Source: a virus
Lineage: Duplodnaviria > Caudoviricetes
Virus record (IMG/VR): IMGVR_UViG_3300017788_000066
Coordinates: 1-40,772 of that record
Length of the DNA stretch: 40,772 bases
Strand: one strand, 5' to 3'
Within the stretch, counting starts at the first letter, position 1. Every line of letters starts with the position of its first letter. Under the pieces are notes generated by a model. That model did no database searches and had not been told where the DNA came from. It was given only the letters and a program-made list of their open reading frames with translations. Made by a program: the position numbers and the translations under genes. Below are positions 1 through 7,693 of the stretch, in pieces.

Positions 1-2
1 TA

Positions 3-437
3 AACGAACGCATCAAGGAAAAGCGACCTGGGGAAAAGGGCCGTTGCTGCGGGAGCGTAAAGCCGGCAGGCACCGGCAGAACGCGAGCCAAGGCCGCCAA
101 CGTCGATGAGCACGAGCCAGGGAGCGTCAAGACTCCCGTTGCGCGAAAGAGCGGCATCGTGGTTCGCGCAGAAGACCTGAGCAACGCAGACACCATCGGC
201 GAATGGGACGCTGACGGCAAGGCGGTCACGCTAAATACGAGCCACCCATCAATTGCGAAAATCGTCAGCGCTGAAAAAGCGTGCCGTCGTGCAGATTCAA
301 TTGAGTCAATCGCTTATCGGACGGCTATTGCAACGATTTTAGTCGAGGCTCACCGCCAACGTGACGGTCGGGCATTACTGCAAGTTCCTGACGGAGCTAG
401 CGCCAACGAAATGGTCGGGATTCTCTTGAAGAGGTGA
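3..437 (+). CDS. Hypothetical protein, C-terminal part (frame is open from the window edge)
   Basis: Frame of ORF 159..437 has no stop back to position 3 (NERIKEKRPG...); stop overlaps next start (GTGA); VTLNTSHP resembles the INxxHP tail of GHKL/MORC-type ATPases (weak). Confidence 0.6.
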   Translation, partial: NERIKEKRPGEKGRCCGSVKPAGTGRTRAKAANVDEHEPGSVKTPVARKSGIVVRAEDLSNADTIGEWDADGKAVTLNTSHPSIAKIVSAEKACRRADSIESIAYRTAIATILVEAHRQRDGRALLQVPDGASANEMVGILLKR

Positions 438-1357
438 ATATCGTGCAGGACGTAACGATACATCCCTTCGCTGAGATTTTCCCTCTGATGGGAGCGAAGG
501 ACTTTGAGCTACTGAAGGCAGACATTTCTGCCAACGGCCAGCGTGATCCAATTGCATTGACGGAGCGAGACGAGCTACTTGACGGTCGCAATCGATTGCG
601 TGCGTGTCGAGAGCTAGGTATCGAGCCGTTCTTTATGACGATTGGCGACGAAGATGGATTTGATGCGCTGGCCTGGGTGATGAGCAAGAACTTGCACCGC
701 CGCCAACTCGATCCATCACAGAGAGCTATGTGCGCGGCGCGTGTTGCATCTTTGTCGGTTGGTAAGCCGCCAACTAATTCGACAAATTTGTCGAATTACA
801 CAGCAGAGCAAGCATCCGCGCTATTTGGTGTTGCGATTGGAACAATCCAATACGCTCGCCGCGTCATACGCGAGGGCTGCGTAGAACTTGTTTCTCTGTG
901 CGAGCAAGGCGAAAGCGTAGCGACTGCTTGTAAGTTCATCGATGCGTGCGATGGCAAGAAGGAGCAATCTAAGATCGCACGCGAAGGCTGGAAGGCTATC
1001 GCTGCAAAAGCCAAAGCAGGTAAGACGCCGGCAGCCACAACTGAGGAGCCTGTCGTTGAGCATCGCATGGAAGTGGTACCGCCTGCACTTGGGTCCGCCG
1101 ACTTTGATCCTGGCATCGAACCCGACTGCGACGACCAGCCAGAAGAACAGACCGACGCTGTCGAAACCGAAGCCGACCCGCCGCGGGCGGCAAAGCCTCC
1201 GAAAGAAACAACCATCATTGGCGACGTTATTCGGCAAGTGACAAGCGAGCTGGAGTATGCCGTCGAGAACCTGGCGGACTTCCAAGTGCAAGCGGTCTAC
1301 GAAGGCGTGCGGTTGTGGATGGCAGCGGACCTTGAGAAGCGAGGTCTAAAGCCATGA
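434..1357 (+). CDS. ParB/Srx N-terminal domain protein with HTH
   Basis: HPFAEIFPLM...LKADISANGQRDPI...LLDGRNRLRAC...SKNLHRRQL, typical phage ParB-like N-terminus, followed by HTH-like segment and acidic linker. Confidence 0.85.
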   Translation: MNIVQDVTIHPFAEIFPLMGAKDFELLKADISANGQRDPIALTERDELLDGRNRLRACRELGIEPFFMTIGDEDGFDALAWVMSKNLHRRQLDPSQRAMCAARVASLSVGKPPTNSTNLSNYTAEQASALFGVAIGTIQYARRVIREGCVELVSLCEQGESVATACKFIDACDGKKEQSKIAREGWKAIAAKAKAGKTPAATTEEPVVEHRMEVVPPALGSADFDPGIEPDCDDQPEEQTDAVETEADPPRAAKPPKETTIIGDVIRQVTSELEYAVENLADFQVQAVYEGVRLWMAADLEKRGLKP

Positions 1358-1431
1358 GTGCAAGCTGGCACTGGTACGCGGCCGGCAAGGAGCCGCCGCA
1401 GATTGAAACCTTTAACAACGGAGTTCGAGCG

Positions 1432-1599
1432 ATGGAACGCGGAGCTTTAGTCATCTCACGGAAGGTTGGGCAGCGGATGCTCATCGGAGACGGGATCGAG
1501 GTCGAGGTGCGGAGCGTCAAGGGGCACGTTGTTCGTCTCGTTGTTCGTGCCCCGAAAGACGTGCGTTTGTTGCGAGGGGAACTGAAAGAGGCGGCATAG
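1432..1599 (+). CDS. csrA: Carbon storage regulator CsrA/RsmA-family RNA-binding protein
   Basis: LVISRKVGQRMLIGDGIEVEVRSVKGHVVRLVVRAPKDVRLLRGEL matches the CsrA pattern including the RxE tail; GGAG at 1420-1423 upstream of ATG 1432. Confidence 0.85.
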   Translation: MERGALVISRKVGQRMLIGDGIEVEVRSVKGHVVRLVVRAPKDVRLLRGELKEAA

Positions 1600-1607
1600 T
1601 CACGAAG

Positions 1608-1706
1608 GTGCTCCCGCACGACGCGGCACGCTGCAAGGGACTGAGGCGTGAGGAGCACGGAGCGAACGCGGTGATTTAAGGCGGGGTGAGACGGAGCACC
1701 CCGCCT
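1608..1706 (+). promoter_or_regulatory. Structured intergenic RNA with GGA-loop hairpins (putative CsrA-binding sites)
   Basis: Stems GTGCTC/GAGCAC and CACGC/GCGTG enclosing AGGGAC; 10-bp stem AGGCGGGGTG/CACCCCGCCT with loop AGACGGAG. Confidence 0.5.
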
Positions 1707-1738
1707 GATTTGAAACAACCAATTTAAGGAGCCTGACT

Positions 1739-2011
1739 GTGGCAAAAGCAAAAGAGCGGCCAGTTATCGTCTGCACAGAGTATCGAGGTGTTTTCTTCGG
1801 ATACGCCACCGACACGAGCGGCGACGTGATTCACCTCACGCGGGCCAAGATGGCGATTTACTGGGCCACGACCAAGGGCGTGCTGGAACTTGCGAACGCC
1901 GGGCCAAACAGTAAGACCAGAGTTTCAGTTCCTGCTGACATCGAAGTTCGCAAGGTGACTGCGGTGTTTGAGGTAACGTCGGAAGCTGCTGCTAAGTGGG
2001 AGGCGGCATGA
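1739..2011 (+). CDS. DUF6948-like phage protein
   Basis: VIVCTEYRGVFFG...LTRAKMAIYW...GVLELANAGP pattern; AAGGAG RBS; followed by a Gly-rich gene as usual for this family. Confidence 0.7.
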   Translation: MAKAKERPVIVCTEYRGVFFGYATDTSGDVIHLTRAKMAIYWATTKGVLELANAGPNSKTRVSVPADIEVRKVTAVFEVTSEAAAKWEAA

Positions 2012-2316
2012 TGTCTAGCTGGCCTGCGCTTCGAGATACGGTGAGCATATGCGACGTGATGGACGACGGCGCGTGCTTCGATGGCGTGCTCGATTGGATT
2101 AAAGCCAACGGCAACATCATCGCCACGCCAGCGCAAGCATTTCCTGACAACGAGTACATCATTAGAGCCTCACGAAGCAACGGCAACGGCGACGGCAACG
2201 GCAACGGCGACGGCGACGGCGACGGCTGCGGCTACGGCTCCGGCTACGGCGACGGCGACGGCTGGGGCTACGGCTCCGGCTACGGCTACGGCAACGGCTA
2301 CGGCTCCGGCTTTTGA
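2008..2316 (+). CDS. Gly-rich repeat protein (Gx repeats)
   Basis: ATGA coupling to previous gene; N-terminal GACFDGVLDW and C-terminal GNGDGNGNGDGDGDGCGYGSGYG tract. Confidence 0.75.
   Translation: MMSSWPALRDTVSICDVMDDGACFDGVLDWIKANGNIIATPAQAFPDNEYIIRASRSNGNGDGNGNGDGDGDGCGYGSGYGDGDGWGYGSGYGYGNGYGSGF
2177..2313 (+). repeat. Coding 6-bp-period tandem repeat (GGC-NNC)n
   Basis: ggcaac/ggcgac/ggctac/ggctcc repeated about 20 times. Confidence 0.9.
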
Positions 2317-2327
2317 AACTTGGTATG

Positions 2328-2407
2328 CCGGTCACTTGTTGTGGCCGGTTCCCCGGATGAGCCGCCCTGGGCGACTAACTTCCCGCTCGGGGCGGCTGCC
2401 GGGGGAA
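2328..2407 (+). other. Intergenic inverted repeats (two hairpins)
   Basis: CCGGTCAC/GTGGCCGG and TTCCCCGG..AGCCGCCCTGGGCG/CGCTCGGGGCGGCT..CCGGGGGAA. Confidence 0.6.
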
Positions 2408-2428
2408 TTAGAGAGAAACGAGGGCGTT

Positions 2429-2854
2429 ATGGCTGATGACGACGACAATGGCGAAGCATGCCAGAGATGCGGCGAAGTCGATCACGACCGACGCACGCTG
2501 TGGATGGCGTGCTTTTATGCGATGCACGAACTAGGGCTGCCGTTCGGGCAAGCGGCTGTGCATGGGCGTTATCGTCCGCTGTTGCGAACCGAAAAGACTG
2601 CCCCGCCGTTTCCGATGACGCTGCCAGTCTGGGGAGAACCACAGGGCGAGGAACGCGATCACGCATTTTACACGCTGCGGGTGTGTAAGCGGTGCCGTGG
2701 CGAGTGGATGGCGGCCATTGCCGAGTGGTTCAGGTCCGTCGAGCCCGAGCGTGAATCGCCTGGAACTGGCATCTTCATTCGGCGGAATGGGGATACGGTC
2801 GAGGTCACTGAGCAAGAGTACCGAGAATATGCGGCGTCCAAGGTAAAGGGGTGA
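2429..2854 (+). CDS. Hypothetical zinc-binding protein
   Basis: CQRC and CKRC pairs; GAGG upstream of ATG 2429. Confidence 0.7.
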   Translation: MADDDDNGEACQRCGEVDHDRRTLWMACFYAMHELGLPFGQAAVHGRYRPLLRTEKTAPPFPMTLPVWGEPQGEERDHAFYTLRVCKRCRGEWMAAIAEWFRSVEPERESPGTGIFIRRNGDTVEVTEQEYREYAASKVKG

Positions 2855-2857
2855 GTC

Positions 2858-3208
2858 ATGGCAACAGGTTTGAAAGAGCGGCGAAAGCGGGCTACAGTTG
2901 GAGGCTCTAAAACCTCTCCAAAAGGCCCTGCCGTGGCACCACGCGAACCAAGCACGAAGAACACCAACGACCCGCGCGGGAAGTTCGGGCGTTTCCTCCG
3001 TGCCTATCTGGCTCGCAAGGACGACAAAGACGGCAACGACCTCGGCGGCGAACTCGACAAGAGCCCCCGGACTATCCGGCTGTGGGCTCAAGGCGAAGCC
3101 GGGCCGGCGTTTGCCGACCTGGACCGCGTTGCCGTGGCAATGGGCTATTCCAACTGGGCTACGCTGGCCACTGCGGTCGAGCGTTTCTGCGAGAAAAACC
3201 CCGAGTAG
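2858..3208 (+). CDS. XRE-family HTH transcriptional regulator
   Basis: FGRFLRAYL...DLGGELDKSPRTIRLWAQGEAGPAFADLDRVAVAMG. Confidence 0.75.
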   Translation: MATGLKERRKRATVGGSKTSPKGPAVAPREPSTKNTNDPRGKFGRFLRAYLARKDDKDGNDLGGELDKSPRTIRLWAQGEAGPAFADLDRVAVAMGYSNWATLATAVERFCEKNPE

Positions 3209-3214
3209 AGTTTT

Positions 3215-3278
3215 GGCAGGAATCTTGCCGAACATCTATTGACGGCCAGCGTATCGGTATGGTAGGATTCCTGCCATA
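3215..3278 (+). promoter_or_regulatory. Sigma70-type promoter flanked by two palindromic operators
   Basis: TTGACG (3239-3244), 18 bp, TGn-TAGGAT (3263-3268); operators GGCAGGAATCTTGCC (3215-3229) and GGTAGGATTCCTGCC (3261-3275). Confidence 0.7.
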
Positions 3279-3297
3279 CGAGACACACGCATAGGAG

Positions 3298-3633
3298 ATG
3301 GTCATGCAAGCCGACAAAACCTACACCTACCAGCCGGACGCCGACAGCAGCTACCCGTACTGCTCATGGGAGATCGTCGTCAGCTACGAAACAGTTCGCG
3401 GCAATGACAACGCAGTGGATGGCATCACGATTAACGGCATCGAAGGCGCTACCGCCTGGTGCGGAAAGTGGGGCTCGCCGATTGTTTGCGATTACGAGTA
3501 CACCCGCGAGGTCATCGCGTGGCTGAAGCGTGAGCTAGAGCGTTCGCGCGGAAATAACTACGGGCTGTGGTCGGAGCTTGGCGCACACTGCCTGGCGGAC
3601 TTACGTGGGCAGCACGTTGACTATTACGCATGA
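3298..3633 (+). CDS. Hypothetical protein
   Basis: ORF with AGGAG RBS directly downstream of the promoter (start may be ATG 3304). Confidence 0.7.
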   Translation: MVMQADKTYTYQPDADSSYPYCSWEIVVSYETVRGNDNAVDGITINGIEGATAWCGKWGSPIVCDYEYTREVIAWLKRELERSRGNNYGLWSELGAHCLADLRGQHVDYYA

Positions 3634-3641
3634 GGTGCCCC

Positions 3642-3902
3642 ATGAGCAAGAGCGTGAGCGGAGCCATCAAGTACGACTGGGAGCGGGGCGAGACGAGCTT
3701 GCTAGTGATCGTCAATTACCGGCTACACCCGTTCATTAGGCAGACGTACTGGTCGCCAGCCGAGGGCGGTGACTGCGAACTGTGGTCGGACTGCAAGTTG
3801 TTCGACGTTGAGCTTGAATCGAACAAGGCACTACGTGACGAGATCGACGAACTGTGCCGCGATGATGCGGCTGAGAAGTGTGAGGAGTACGACGAGCCAT
3901 GA
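3642..3902 (+). CDS. Hypothetical acidic protein
   Basis: GAGG RBS; YWSPAEGG motif common in small phage proteins; coupled to neighbours. Confidence 0.65.
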   Translation: MSKSVSGAIKYDWERGETSLLVIVNYRLHPFIRQTYWSPAEGGDCELWSDCKLFDVELESNKALRDEIDELCRDDAAEKCEEYDEP

Positions 3903-3988
3903 GCAACTATCCAGGATGTGACTTCGACAACCTGCGGCAGATTCAGTTGAGACTTGCCGCCGCTCTCCAGCAGGGAGAACAGAAGTGA
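3899..3988 (+). CDS. Small hypothetical protein (29 aa)
   Basis: ATGA/GTGA overlaps at both ends fill the gap exactly (MSNYPGCDFDNLRQIQLRLAAALQQGEQK). Confidence 0.45.
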   Translation: MSNYPGCDFDNLRQIQLRLAAALQQGEQK

Positions 3989-4815
3989 GCGAAGCGACGC
4001 CGAAGAAACCGCACCGCAGCACGACGCAACTGGAAAGCTATTCTCGCTGTGCCGAAGCGTTTCGACGGCGGTACATCGAACGCGAGATCATCCCGCCAGG
4101 CATCGCCTTGATTCAAGGCAAGGGCGTGGACGCGGCGCAGGGCGTCAACTTCCGGCAGAAGATTGAGACACACGAAGACTTGCCCGTCTCGGAAATTAAA
4201 GAGGCGGCGGCGGCGGCGTTCGACAACGAGACGGCTGGCGAATACCTGTTGAGCAGCGAAGAAGTTTCCGAGGGGCCGAAGAAGGTGCTCGGCAGAGCGA
4301 AAGACGAAACCGTGCGGCTGGCGGAAGCGTTTGCGCTCCAGCAGGCACCCGACTATCAGCCCATCGCGGTGCAGCGTGAGTTCAGGATCGCCATGCCAAA
4401 CTCGACGCACGACCTGCTTGGGTTTATCGACCTGGAGTGTGACCAAAAGCGAGTCACCGACTTCAAGACAGCCAACAAGCGAAAGAATCAAGACGAGGTA
4501 AACAGTTCCCTCCAGCTCACGATCTACGCTGCGGCACATCGCTTGTGGACTGGCAGCGACCCGAAAGAAGTGCGGCTCGACACGCTGGTTAAGAACAAGA
4601 CGCCGGTGCGGCAAGTGCTCGCATCGACGCGCGGGCGTGGCGACTATCAGGCATTGATAAACCGATTCAACGCAATCCAGCAGGCGATAGCGGCTGGGAA
4701 CTTTCCGCCAGCAACGCCGGGAGCCTGGTGGTGCGGCCCGCGATGGTGCGGATACCACGCAACTTGCCCTTACGTCAACAGCAACCCGGTCACAGTGCAA
4801 ATCACAATTCCATAA
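3985..4815 (+). CDS. PD-(D/E)XK RecB/Cas4-like exonuclease with Fe-S cysteines
   Basis: SYSRC...GFIDL...VTDFKT...QLTIYA...WWCGPRWCGYHATC (1+3 Cys pattern). Confidence 0.85.
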   Translation: MSEATPKKPHRSTTQLESYSRCAEAFRRRYIEREIIPPGIALIQGKGVDAAQGVNFRQKIETHEDLPVSEIKEAAAAAFDNETAGEYLLSSEEVSEGPKKVLGRAKDETVRLAEAFALQQAPDYQPIAVQREFRIAMPNSTHDLLGFIDLECDQKRVTDFKTANKRKNQDEVNSSLQLTIYAAAHRLWTGSDPKEVRLDTLVKNKTPVRQVLASTRGRGDYQALINRFNAIQQAIAAGNFPPATPGAWWCGPRWCGYHATCPYVNSNPVTVQITIP

Positions 4816-4838
4816 CCTCTAGCAACTGAGGCAGCGAC

Positions 4839-5951
4839 ATGAGTAACGGACTCACAACGGTAACGGCCCGAGAGGAAACAGGGCTTTCGATTCGTGAGGA
4901 GCACGGACGCGAATTGTCGATGGCCCGCCAGGCGGCGCAGGCCCAGCACGAAGTGCAATCGGCGATCACAGTCGCCATCAAGTTTCCTCGTAACGAAGAT
5001 GATTCGTTCGGCCGTCTAATGAAGGCGTGCAGCCGCGAGGCGTTTGCCCAAAAGGCGGCATATTCATTCCCGCGCGGCGGCACGAAGGTTATCGGCCCTA
5101 GTTCGCATCTTGCCCGCGAAGCGGCTCGGGTGTGGGGGAACATTCAATACGGGTTCGAGATTGTCCGCGACGACGATGAGAATATCCACCTACGCGGCTG
5201 GGCGTGGGACATGCAGACCAACAGCAAGGCGACCCAGGACGCGCATTTCCGCAAGGCGGTTCAGCGGAAAGTGCAGGGACAAACGAAGTGGATCAAGCCG
5301 GACGAACGCGACCTGCGCGAACTGATTAACAAGCACGGGGCAATCGCCGAACGCAACTGCGTTCTCAAGATTCTCCCGGCCGACTTGATCGAAGATGCGA
5401 TGACGGCGGCTTTCCAGACCATCGAACGCGGCGTGTCAAAGGACATCGACGGCGAGCGAAAGAAGATGGTTACTGCGTTCGCTCAAATTAACGTCAGCGT
5501 GCCGGAGATTGAAGCCTATCTCGGCAACCCGCTAAAGCACGCAAACCCCGCCCAAGTGACCGAACTGCGGACGATATGGCGTTCGATCATGGATGGCAAT
5601 TCGACGTGGACGGAATACGTCGAGAAGGACACGAAGGCACCGCCGTCTGGCGTGAAGCAAGAGGCGACCGTTGACGACTTGCTGGGCGGCCCAACGGTTG
5701 ACGACGTAGCGGCGGTGCAGGCGATTCTCGACGAGATTAACGCGGCCGTGAACGTCGGCGACTTGGCTGCCATCCGTCGCCTGTACGACCAGCACTGCGG
5801 CCCGGACAGCACGCTCACGCAATCGCAGATGGCACCGATCGACCAGACGTGCAAGCTCGCGATTCGCACCCTAGAGAATCCGCAGCCGAAGAAAACCAGC
5901 AAGGCGAAGCAAGGCGAGCTTTTGGAAACCGGCCCGAACACAGGGAATTGA
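4839..5951 (+). CDS. Conserved phage protein, candidate ssDNA-annealing/recombination protein
   Basis: A..FPRNE...AAYSFPRGG..VIGPSSHLAREAARVWGNI motif; located between exonuclease and SSB. Confidence 0.55.
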   Translation: MSNGLTTVTAREETGLSIREEHGRELSMARQAAQAQHEVQSAITVAIKFPRNEDDSFGRLMKACSREAFAQKAAYSFPRGGTKVIGPSSHLAREAARVWGNIQYGFEIVRDDDENIHLRGWAWDMQTNSKATQDAHFRKAVQRKVQGQTKWIKPDERDLRELINKHGAIAERNCVLKILPADLIEDAMTAAFQTIERGVSKDIDGERKKMVTAFAQINVSVPEIEAYLGNPLKHANPAQVTELRTIWRSIMDGNSTWTEYVEKDTKAPPSGVKQEATVDDLLGGPTVDDVAAVQAILDEINAAVNVGDLAAIRRLYDQHCGPDSTLTQSQMAPIDQTCKLAIRTLENPQPKKTSKAKQGELLETGPNTGN

Positions 5952-5954
5952 TTC

Positions 5955-6365
5955 ATGGCATCGTTTAACCGCGTCATCTTGGTAGGCAACCTAACCCGCG
6001 ACTTGGAACTTCGGCATATCCCGAGCGGCACTGCCGTCACGGATCTTGGCCTTGCCGTCAACGACCGCCGCAAGGGCGACGACGGCCAGTGGATCGACGA
6101 GACGACATTCGTTGACGTGACCTTATGGGGCCGTCAAGCCGAGATCGCCTGCGAGCATCTAGGACGCGGTGCCTCGGTTCTCATCGAAGGTCGATTGAAG
6201 CTCGACACCTGGGAGAAGGACGGCAAGCGGAACAGCAAGCTCCGCGTGGTGGGCGAGCGGATGCAAATGCTGGGCGGCAAGTCGGAAGCGAAGCCGCAAG
6301 CCGCAGCCACATCGTATAAGAATCCGAACAAGTTCCAGCCCACAAGCGACGACGCGCCGTTCTAG
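5955..6365 (+). CDS. ssb: Single-stranded DNA-binding protein
   Basis: MASFNRVILVGNLTRDLELR...TFVDVTLWGRQAE...VLIEGRLKLDTWE; acidic DDAPF tail. Confidence 0.97.
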   Translation: MASFNRVILVGNLTRDLELRHIPSGTAVTDLGLAVNDRRKGDDGQWIDETTFVDVTLWGRQAEIACEHLGRGASVLIEGRLKLDTWEKDGKRNSKLRVVGERMQMLGGKSEAKPQAAATSYKNPNKFQPTSDDAPF

Positions 6366-6874
6366 TGAAGCGTACCCCGCTCACACGCAAGACGCCGTTA
6401 GCCAGAAGCACGAAGCCGCTCAAGAGGACACGCAAGGTCAGCAAGCGGCGAAGGATGCGAGAATCCATGCAGTACACCACACCGAAAGGAGTCGCGTTCG
6501 ATGAGGTACGTCAGCACTTACCGGAGCGGGTTGGCGACTGGCCGGAGATCGTGCGGGTTCTCGACAAGCCGCAAGTCGTGCGCGACTACCTTGCCGAAAT
6601 GCAACGCGAGCATCGACGGTGCCCGCTGTGCCCGCCGCACGATCGCAAGCCAGTCACCGAGGTCCATCACCTCACAGGCGGCAGTCGCGGTCGTGCTGAT
6701 GAGCGTACCAATCTTCTGGCTGTGTGTCCTGGCTGCCATCGCGAGGTTCAGTCTCAGGTGAAAGAGTACAAGCGTTGTTGGGCGGCGAAGTGGCAGCAGG
6801 ACGCCCCGAACTTGGATTGGGTGCGACTGGTTTTGTTGCTGGGACGGTGGCCGGACTTTGATTCATTGGACTGA
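6365..6874 (+). CDS. HNH endonuclease
   Basis: MKRTPL.RKTPL basic leader; CPLC...EVHHLTGG...NLLAVCPGCH. Confidence 0.85.
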   Translation: MKRTPLTRKTPLARSTKPLKRTRKVSKRRRMRESMQYTTPKGVAFDEVRQHLPERVGDWPEIVRVLDKPQVVRDYLAEMQREHRRCPLCPPHDRKPVTEVHHLTGGSRGRADERTNLLAVCPGCHREVQSQVKEYKRCWAAKWQQDAPNLDWVRLVLLLGRWPDFDSLD

Positions 6875-6923
6875 CGCCTGGCTGACCGGGCTTTATGGAG
6901 GGCGGAGGATTCCGCCGGCAAGG

Positions 6924-7199
6924 ATGACCAAATACAACCACGACTTCAAAGACCGCTACTACGGCGGCATGACGTTCGACCAGTCGCAAATGAGCGAACT
7001 GGAATTTGAGCGACTGCTGCTGTGGTCCGGCAGGTTCCCGCAAGCGTTTACGAAGCGGCATGACGACCTGCTGACGGCGGAAGTCTATCACCGCGCGGAG
7101 CAGGTACGTAAAGCCCGGCGTGGCGTCACGCCCGAGGAGCGGCACAAGCCTTTGGGTATCTCGCTGGTGCGTGTCTCTGAGCTGGGGAGCGTGGCATGA
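6924..7199 (+). CDS. Hypothetical protein
   Basis: ORF 6858..7199, ATG at 6924 preferred (start uncertain); stop overlaps next ATG. Confidence 0.55.
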   Translation: MTKYNHDFKDRYYGGMTFDQSQMSELEFERLLLWSGRFPQAFTKRHDDLLTAEVYHRAEQVRKARRGVTPEERHKPLGISLVRVSELGSVA

Positions 7200-7396
7200 C
7201 CCGCACCGCTTCTCGCATCTACTGGTACTTGCGAGCCCTAGGGCGGCTGTCTGACGCTGCCTTAGAGCGTTTGATGCCGGATGTTCCGCCGAGCACGGTG
7301 AGAGCGTCACGCTTGAATCTGGTGCGTTGTGGCGTGGTGTGTGTGGCAGGGCGTTCTCAGGACGGTACTCGGTGGCTGTGGAGGGTGGTGACGTGA
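7196..7396 (+). CDS. Small winged-helix-like protein
   Basis: LSDAALERLM...STVRASRLNLVRCGVV...WLWRV. Confidence 0.55.
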   Translation: MTRTASRIYWYLRALGRLSDAALERLMPDVPPSTVRASRLNLVRCGVVCVAGRSQDGTRWLWRVVT

Positions 7397-7444
7397 TTCA
7401 GCTCGAATTGTGTGACGATGAACGATCCCCTGCGGAGGTTACGA

Positions 7445-7693
7445 ATGAAGCCCATAAGGTCACTGGCAGAACTAAGGCAACTGGCAAAGGACGATCCGAA
7501 GTACGACGCGCTCGCGGCAGTGGCGTCATCGAATCTTGGCGGCCCTCGCGAGAGCTTGCAGGCGGCACTGAACTGGCTGGAAACGATGGCGAAGGAAACC
7601 TCCGAAGCGTTCGTGGTAGAGGAAGTGAACTTCGTGATCGACCTAGTGCCAGAGGAACTGGCACGAATGAACCGGAAGGGAGGCCGACGGTGA
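7445..7693 (+). CDS. Hypothetical protein
   Basis: GGAGG RBS at 7434-7438; stop overlaps GTG start of the ibrA-like gene. Confidence 0.6.
   Translation: MKPIRSLAELRQLAKDDPKYDALAAVASSNLGGPRESLQAALNWLETMAKETSEAFVVEEVNFVIDLVPEELARMNRKGGRR

Noticed and set aside
1600-1710. tRNA gene in the branched intergenic structure
   Set aside because: No T-loop GTTCRA, no D-loop consensus and no 7-bp acceptor stem with cloverleaf geometry
2177-2313. Tandem repeat as CRISPR array or DGR repeat
   Set aside because: 6-bp coding periodicity with no spacers; no reverse transcriptase or TR/VR pair seen in the window
2081-2428. ORF 2081..2854 with a long ATATAT (Ala-Thr) tract
   Set aside because: Alternate-frame reading of the Gly-repeat gene; the real gene most likely starts at ATG 2429
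3985-4815. Cas4 as part of a CRISPR-Cas system
   Set aside because: No array or other cas genes; the context is a phage recombination module
7327-7689. N-terminal 121-aa extension of the IbrA-like ORF
   Set aside because: Low-complexity Arg/Gly shadow of two real overlapping genes; family similarity begins near GTG 7690
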